IMG/VR virus record: IMGVR_UViG_3300042885_001472
Reading direction: 5' to 3' (one strand)
DNA length: 64,000 bases
DNA from: a virus
Lineage: Duplodnaviria; Caudoviricetes
Of the stretch, positions 58,010-64,000 are shown piece after piece. Made by a program: the position numbers and the translations under genes. Below the pieces are notes generated by a model. The model was not told where the DNA came from, made no database searches, and saw nothing but the letters and a program-made list of their open reading frames with translations. Every line of letters begins with the position of its first letter. The first letter of the stretch is position 1.

Positions 58010-61000
58010 ATGGTTGAAGCTAGTAAAATAGGGGTTAGTAATGGTGCGTCAATAACAGTAGTTGATCCAAATCCAAGTGGAAGTGGGATTATACCTATGG
58101 AGGATTTATTCATTTACGTTAGTTTACGAATAAAACCAAAAAGTAGAAGTGTTTTAGAAGTTACTGGGAGAGTTAATGATATTAATAATGAAGAGGGTGT
58201 TGTTTTAAATCTTATTGGTACTAAAACTGATGATCCACTAAAAAATGAGTATATGACAACGGATTGGTCTAATACTGGTGGACCACTTGGGGGTAGAAAA
58301 AATAATGAAACATTTGGTATTAAAAGTATTAGTATTAGTTATGGTGCTGATTTATTACCAGTTGTTAATATGACATTTATTGATGTTAAAGGAGCTTCAT
58401 TTTTTGATGGTTTTGAAAAAACTAGTACTACCGGTATTAAATCAAATAATTCTGATTTTTCATCATTTTTTAAAATCCCATACCCAATATTTGAACTAAC
58501 AGTTAAAGGTTATTATGGCAAAGCTGTTAAATATTATCTTAATATGACTAAATGGACAGCCGCTTTTTCTGAAGGAAACTTTGAAATTAAGGCTAGCTTC
58601 CTTGGATATAGTACATCATTCTTTTCAGATATATTAATGGATCATGTTAGAGCTATTGTTGAAACAGATAGTGGACGAATTGAATTAAAAAAAGTTTTTA
58701 AAAATAAAGATGTTGTTACAATAAATGAAATGTTGAGAAACATTGGTAATGTTGGTAAATACCTTGAAGATATAAAAGCTAAAAATAATAAACAAAATGA
58801 CCAAGGGTATGGTGAATTAATTAATTTAAATGAAACCTTAAGTAGTTTATCAAACATTAGAAATAAAATTGGGATACCAATACAAAAGTTAACATCAAGT
58901 GATGTAGATTATTTTAAATTGGAAGGACCATATATTAGTTATGATGGGTTATCCCCAAGAAGTAATATATTCGCTTTTAGAGATATAATACTAATACCAA
59001 ATGGTAATGGTAAAACTTTAGAAACATATAATAAATTTAGGGATGATATTGTATCACAAATGAAAAAATATGATGAAAGTTTACAATTAATTGGTGGTGG
59101 TAAATATACTGATAGTTATGGTATATCAAAAAATAGCGGTAAAAAAATTGATGAAATTTTTCCTATTTTAAAAGAAAGTAATGAAGATGTTAAAACTGTT
59201 GTAACATCTATTAATAAAATTTTAGTTGAAGGTACTAATGGTAGACCAAAAGATGAGGGTTATATTAAAAGTGAAGAGTATTCAAAACCACCATTTGAAT
59301 TTACAGGAGTAACTGATACAATAAAAATTGACGAAAAAGCTAACATGTATGATTTTTATAAAATTAGAGATGTAGTTAACCAAATTTATAATAATTTAAT
59401 TGAAAAAAGGAAGAATTTTGCTGATGAGGTTACTGAGAAAATAAATAAAGAAATCAGTAAAAAAATTGGTTTCAATCCTTCTGTTGGGGATGTTTTTGAA
59501 ATTCTATGTAATAATGTTGAAGCTTATATAAATACAATTTATACTGTTTCTTTAAATGCTGAAAATAAAAATGATGGTAGGGTTGCTGCTTTTAATGGTA
59601 TTGAAAGTGATACTACTAGTAAAAGTGATAAAAACAATAAGGATAAAAGGATATATCCTTGGCCAATGGTTTATGTAGATGATGTTGAAAAATATATTGG
59701 TGATGTTAAAAATATTAGTTCTAAAGAAGAAGCCTTCCCAGAAATAATGTTTGTTGAAGAAATAATCGCCGCTCAAATAAAAGAAAATGATAAAACTAAT
59801 GAGATTGTAATACCATTACCTAATAGTAAAAGATCATTTCCAATTAATCCAGCGGATTTTGCGAATACGTTAGATCCATACCCATTTAATGTGTCAAATG
59901 CTAATCCAAGAGTTTTAGATAATTTATTATCAAGTATAATTAATAGAGCCGTAATTAGTTATGATTATAGTTGTTTAAAAGATAATATTAATGATATTGC
60001 TAAATTAGAAGCTGCAGCTCTATTTAGTAGTATTTTTGATAATATTGATAGAAATGCTATTAACAGATATTTGGAAAATAATAAATTGAATTATTTTGGA
60101 ATACCAACTGTTAAAAAAAATCTATCAATAACTAAAACTGGTTCAACATATTATTTTGGTGAAACATTAGATTTAAATGATACTTATAAAAATATTTCAA
60201 GTACAATTATAGATTCAAAAACTATATTTTTTGATACATCAATTAGTATTTCACCATTAACTAGTAGATTTTTAAATCAAAATAATTATGATTTAATAAC
60301 TAATGTTAAAAATAGTTTAGGTGAAAAAAATGTTAGTGATGTATTTACACCAAAAAAAGGTGACATGGAGTTTAATACAACTTATTATAGTGTTGAACAA
60401 AATTTAACAAAAATGTGTTGGGATGATTCTGTATTGGGTGGTAAATCATATCCCCAAACAGATAAACTTTTAGAATATGTTGGTAAAGTTAAAGATGGTA
60501 TAACACAAAAAATTTATAATTTATCTCAGTCACCTTCTTATTTAAACTATTCTTCAACTACAGTGACACAAACACTATATAATGATTTACCTGAAAATCA
60601 ATTTAAGGGTATGATGATATTATCAACTTACCCATTTAAAGGAATCGATAAATTAGTAGAAAATTTAACTGATATAAGTAAGGTTGTTAACGTACCATTC
60701 CCATATTTAGCGTGGATTGGGGCTCAAATGAAACGACAAGAATTATTTATTAAGAATAATGATGTTGATTTAATTAAGTCATGGTTTAATGTAAATAATG
60801 AGTTCTCCCCGGACCAAATAGGTGATAAAAACGATTATTTATGGTTAAGTAGTAAAACAAATAATAAAGGTAAATTACCAACACCATTTAATGATTATAC
60901 TTTATTTAACCCTAATATAAATCAAGTCTTTATTACTGTTTTTGAAAATTGGTGTACTTTAGCCAATGAGTGTGGTCTTATTGATTATTATGATGGTCCA

Positions 61001-62833
61001 ATATCTGTTACTGAACTTGGATCACAAACAGAACTGACTAAAATATTAAATTCAATTAATTATTTTTATACAAATGAATTGATAGAATTAGTATCCTATA
61101 CACCAAATTTTTGGAATTTAAAAACGGATAGTCAATTTAAAATTGAAGAAGAAGTTTTAAATAATTATTTAAATGTTTTTACTGAAAAATATAGTCAATT
61201 AAATAGTGTAACTGTTACAACAACATCAAATTATTTAACACCTAGAAAATTAGATGATAAAGATATTAAATTAGCTACATATAAAACAGTAAAAAATTTA
61301 TATGATAAATGGATAGGTGGTACATTAGATGGAAAACCATTTAATGTTGGTGTAAATACCAGTAAATCAAATCAGAATCCATCATTATATTCTAGTTTTA
61401 GATTTATTGATCAAGATTATAATGACATATCTAGTGACGCTAAAATTAATTTAAAATCTGTATTATCTATTTTAGATAATCCAAATATGAATTTTTTATC
61501 ACTTATATCTAAAATATTAACTGATAATAATTTTTTATTACATAAACTACCAGTTTATGTTGATTATTCAGATATTGAAAGTGTTAAAGATATTTTTAGA
61601 GTATTCCCATCTATCACAAATGTTAATAGTGGTGTGTCTTATATAGCGATGTATGGAACTGGAAATTCAAAGTTATTAGATATACAAACTGGTTTTGATT
61701 ATAAAGGTGATGGATATGATTTTATAAATAGTAATACCGATTCTTCAGCGTTACCAGGTAACGTAACAAAAGATGGTAAAGGTAAAAATTTAGTTGCCTT
61801 TAGAGTTGGATTTGGTGATGAAAATCAAAGTATATTTAAAAATATTAGAATAAGTCAAGAAGAAATGTCCGATACGGCAGAGTATTTTAAAGCGTTAAAC
61901 GATTTAACAAGTGAAAAGGGTGCGACAAATAGAGTGTTAAAAGGGGTTGATTTATATCATTTAAATTCTATTAGATCATATAATGTTAATATGGATATGA
62001 TGGGTAATGCTATGATACAACCATTAATGTATTTACAATTAGATAATATACCAATGTTCCATGGGGCTTATAGTGTGATTAATATTAATCATGAGATTAC
62101 CCCCAATAAAATGAATACAACAATTAGAGCTGTAAAACAATCTAAATATAGGACACCAATTGTTACTGAATCAACCACATTTGTACCACTTGACTTGAGT
62201 AAAGGATTAAATTTAAACTCTGGGTTTAATATTGCCACTGTAACTAATATTCAGAGTGATGTTTTAAGTACTAATACTATAGATTCTTTTACCCCACCGG
62301 TTGATGGTGAAGTAAAAATAACTAGTAAGAAGGGACTTAGAAATGGTAAACAACATAATGGTATTGATATTGGTGTTGCCGTTGGGACACCAATTAAAGC
62401 GTCATGGGATGGTAAAGTAAATAAATTTCTTCAAGGACCTAACGGAACTGAGGGTTATGGTTTATATGCGATAATTGACCATTCACTTGATGGTAGACCT
62501 TTTGATGATGGGTTTTATTATTATACATTATATGGACATTTAAATCAATGTAATTTATCAACTAATACAATAGTAAAAGGTAAACAAGCTTTTAGTCTTT
62601 CTGGTGGTGAAAAGGGTGAAAATAATAGCGGTAATTCAGGGGGACCCCATTTACATTTTGAAATAAGACGTAGTAGTGAAAAATTAATTGATATACGAAA
62701 TGGTTATGGTAGATTATCCGGTTCAAATATTTTAAACCCTGAGGATTTTATTAAAAAATCTGATCAAAAAATTGTGAGTGGAGCACCTAATCATGGTCAA
62801 TTAGGTAGTACATCTAGTGGGGTTATAGCCTAA
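58010..62833 (+). CDS. Large baseplate hub protein with C-terminal M23 peptidase
   Basis: FGIKSISI...LPVV.M.FIDVKG, GNAMIQPLMY.QL.NIPMF.GAY.V..I.HEI (hub-like); HNGID, GYG, YTLYGHL, GNSGGPHLHFE (M23). Confidence 0.8.
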   Translation: MVEASKIGVSNGASITVVDPNPSGSGIIPMEDLFIYVSLRIKPKSRSVLEVTGRVNDINNEEGVVLNLIGTKTDDPLKNEYMTTDWSNTGGPLGGRKNNETFGIKSISISYGADLLPVVNMTFIDVKGASFFDGFEKTSTTGIKSNNSDFSSFFKIPYPIFELTVKGYYGKAVKYYLNMTKWTAAFSEGNFEIKASFLGYSTSFFSDILMDHVRAIVETDSGRIELKKVFKNKDVVTINEMLRNIGNVGKYLEDIKAKNNKQNDQGYGELINLNETLSSLSNIRNKIGIPIQKLTSSDVDYFKLEGPYISYDGLSPRSNIFAFRDIILIPNGNGKTLETYNKFRDDIVSQMKKYDESLQLIGGGKYTDSYGISKNSGKKIDEIFPILKESNEDVKTVVTSINKILVEGTNGRPKDEGYIKSEEYSKPPFEFTGVTDTIKIDEKANMYDFYKIRDVVNQIYNNLIEKRKNFADEVTEKINKEISKKIGFNPSVGDVFEILCNNVEAYINTIYTVSLNAENKNDGRVAAFNGIESDTTSKSDKNNKDKRIYPWPMVYVDDVEKYIGDVKNISSKEEAFPEIMFVEEIIAAQIKENDKTNEIVIPLPNSKRSFPINPADFANTLDPYPFNVSNANPRVLDNLLSSIINRAVISYDYSCLKDNINDIAKLEAAALFSSIFDNIDRNAINRYLENNKLNYFGIPTVKKNLSITKTGSTYYFGETLDLNDTYKNISSTIIDSKTIFFDTSISISPLTSRFLNQNNYDLITNVKNSLGEKNVSDVFTPKKGDMEFNTTYYSVEQNLTKMCWDDSVLGGKSYPQTDKLLEYVGKVKDGITQKIYNLSQSPSYLNYSSTTVTQTLYNDLPENQFKGMMILSTYPFKGIDKLVENLTDISKVVNVPFPYLAWIGAQMKRQELFIKNNDVDLIKSWFNVNNEFSPDQIGDKNDYLWLSSKTNNKGKLPTPFNDYTLFNPNINQVFITVFENWCTLANECGLIDYYDGPISVTELGSQTELTKILNSINYFYTNELIELVSYTPNFWNLKTDSQFKIEEEVLNNYLNVFTEKYSQLNSVTVTTTSNYLTPRKLDDKDIKLATYKTVKNLYDKWIGGTLDGKPFNVGVNTSKSNQNPSLYSSFRFIDQDYNDISSDAKINLKSVLSILDNPNMNFLSLISKILTDNNFLLHKLPVYVDYSDIESVKDIFRVFPSITNVNSGVSYIAMYGTGNSKLLDIQTGFDYKGDGYDFINSNTDSSALPGNVTKDGKGKNLVAFRVGFGDENQSIFKNIRISQEEMSDTAEYFKALNDLTSEKGATNRVLKGVDLYHLNSIRSYNVNMDMMGNAMIQPLMYLQLDNIPMFHGAYSVININHEITPNKMNTTIRAVKQSKYRTPIVTESTTFVPLDLSKGLNLNSGFNIATVTNIQSDVLSTNTIDSFTPPVDGEVKITSKKGLRNGKQHNGIDIGVAVGTPIKASWDGKVNKFLQGPNGTEGYGLYAIIDHSLDGRPFDDGFYYYTLYGHLNQCNLSTNTIVKGKQAFSLSGGEKGENNSGNSGGPHLHFEIRRSSEKLIDIRNGYGRLSGSNILNPEDFIKKSDQKIVSGAPNHGQLGSTSSGVIA

Positions 62834-62855
62834 GGTTGTTATTATAAAAAATAAT

Positions 62856-62867
62856 TACTATATTTAG
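62856..62867 (+). promoter_or_regulatory. Candidate host-type promoter TACTATATTTAG
   Basis: Same core as the polB element, just upstream of ATG 62871. Confidence 0.35.
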
Positions 62868-62870
62868 TGT

Positions 62871-63488
62871 ATGGTATTAGGTTATATTATTTCAGAGGAA
62901 AAGATAGAAGTTGAAAATTTTGTCAATTTAAATTCATTAATTGATATTGATGATGAATTACCAAGATTAATTGTTGGTAGAGAATTTAGTAAAACTTTAG
63001 GTTTGAAACCATCTATTTTAAATAAAAAGATGAGTAAGTATAGTTACTGGACATATTCCTCTACCGAGAAGAAGTCTGAATATACTGATGATTTAGAGTT
63101 ATTTAAAAAAATATCTATAGATTTATTTCTAAGTAAAGTAAAATATTTTTACATAGATCCATTCAATTTAACCTTAACACAAATAAAACGATTGATAACC
63201 AAAGTTAATGGTGTTACCAATGGTTTAATTTATTATGATACAAAAATGTGTTATGTTTTTTATGATGGTATGACTTATGGTATTAATTGGGATGTTATGG
63301 AGTATTTAGGGTTGGGGAAACAAAGGTTAATAAATTACTTAAAAGATAAAAATTTTAAGATTTTACATAAAGATGAAATATTTAATAAGTGTATGTTTGA
63401 GACTAATAATATTAAGGTTTTACCGTACTTACACTATTTAAAAACATATGAACAACAAGATCTTATTAGCGTCCTTCATCACAGTTAA
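62871..63488 (+). CDS. Hypothetical protein
   Basis: 205-aa ORF; no motif recognised. Confidence 0.75.
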   Translation: MVLGYIISEEKIEVENFVNLNSLIDIDDELPRLIVGREFSKTLGLKPSILNKKMSKYSYWTYSSTEKKSEYTDDLELFKKISIDLFLSKVKYFYIDPFNLTLTQIKRLITKVNGVTNGLIYYDTKMCYVFYDGMTYGINWDVMEYLGLGKQRLINYLKDKNFKILHKDEIFNKCMFETNNIKVLPYLHYLKTYEQQDLISVLHHS

Positions 63489-63843
63489 ACAATCTGACGA
63501 TTTCTTTAATAAATTAGACACTTTATTTTCAATAAAAAAAGATAAGACATTCATTTTTAGTTTAGGTGAAAATTTAATGGTCACTTTTAAATTAACCTCA
63601 ACAAATGATTTAAAAGAAGTTATTAAGACTAAATTAAAAAACACGATACAAATCCACAAAAAGAGTAATAGTTTTTACACAATAAACGCTTTGAATAAAT
63701 TAATCCAAAGAGATTTTAATTTGGTGGATGGTAATATAGATTATAAATCTTATTCCATTGATTGGGATAAATACCAAGATAAGTTATTTTTACTAAAAGA
63801 GGGTGAATTACTAATTCAAGATATAAAAAAAGTAATTTTATGA
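63448..63843 (+). CDS. Hypothetical protein
   Basis: 131-aa ORF; IHKKSNSFYTINALN. Confidence 0.75.
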   Translation: MNNKILLASFITVKQSDDFFNKLDTLFSIKKDKTFIFSLGENLMVTFKLTSTNDLKEVIKTKLKNTIQIHKKSNSFYTINALNKLIQRDFNLVDGNIDYKSYSIDWDKYQDKLFLLKEGELLIQDIKKVIL

Positions 63844-63889
63844 TTTAACAGATATTTATAATGAAATAAGATTACTAATATATAAAAAT

Positions 63890-64000
63890 ATGGATAATAA
63901 TAAAAAAAATGTTGATGAAAAAGGGATTGTTAACACCCTTGAAAACTTCTTATCTAATGATAAAAGTGATAAAAATGTTGAATGTACTGGTGACGTTTGT
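63890..64000 (+). CDS. Partial ORF running off the window end
   Basis: MDNNKKNVDEKGIVNTLENFL...VECTGDVC; ATATTTAT at 63852-63859. Confidence 0.55.
   Translation, partial: MDNNKKNVDEKGIVNTLENFLSNDKSDKNVECTGDVC

Noticed and set aside
1793-63659. Other short opposite-strand or alternate-frame ORFs in the track (e.g. 1793, 3406, 9533, 13111, 16399, 21216-22613, 27384, 29643, 35338, 38027, 42204, 55637, 63438)
   Set aside because: They overlap motif-supported genes and have no recognisable motifs
1-64000. Stop-codon reassignment as in some Bacteroidota phages
   Set aside because: Coding density is near complete in code 11, long genes are intact, and no gene appears broken at TAG or TGA
1-64000. 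tRNA or rRNA genes
   Set aside because: No T-loop/cloverleaf signature in the short intergenic gaps by eye; a tRNAscan-SE run would confirm

Overview
Very AT-rich, gene-dense fragment of a large T4-like myovirus (jumbo-phage type) read in standard code 11. The likely host is a Bacteroidota: there are TATATTTG (TAnnTTTG-type) elements, A-rich start contexts without Shine-Dalgarno sequences, and GNVGIG fibre repeats. Layout: (1) 1-8.9 kb, minus strand: PhoH, six glycosyltransferase-like and three methyltransferase-like genes, and dUTPase. (2) 9-11.4 kb: small hypotheticals including a WYL-domain protein. (3) 11.4-24.1 kb: an array of tail-fibre/LamG adhesin genes, one of which ends in an apparently circularly permuted DUF3494 ice-binding-type domain and is followed by a shortened paralog. 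(4) 24.2-31 kb: family-B DNA polymerase with a mini-intein, gp13-like neck protein, glutaredoxin, SNF2 helicase. (5) 31-64 kb: gp14/gp15-like neck and tail terminator, further fibres, a free-standing GIY-YIG endonuclease, tail sheath, a tail tube gene flanked by two paralogous Vsr-like/GNAT-like endonucleases, a tail chaperone pair with a candidate frameshift, tape measure, baseplate proteins and a hub-M23 peptidase fusion. No tRNA, rRNA, CRISPR array or reverse transcriptase was seen. All family calls come from motif recognition by eye, not from database searches.
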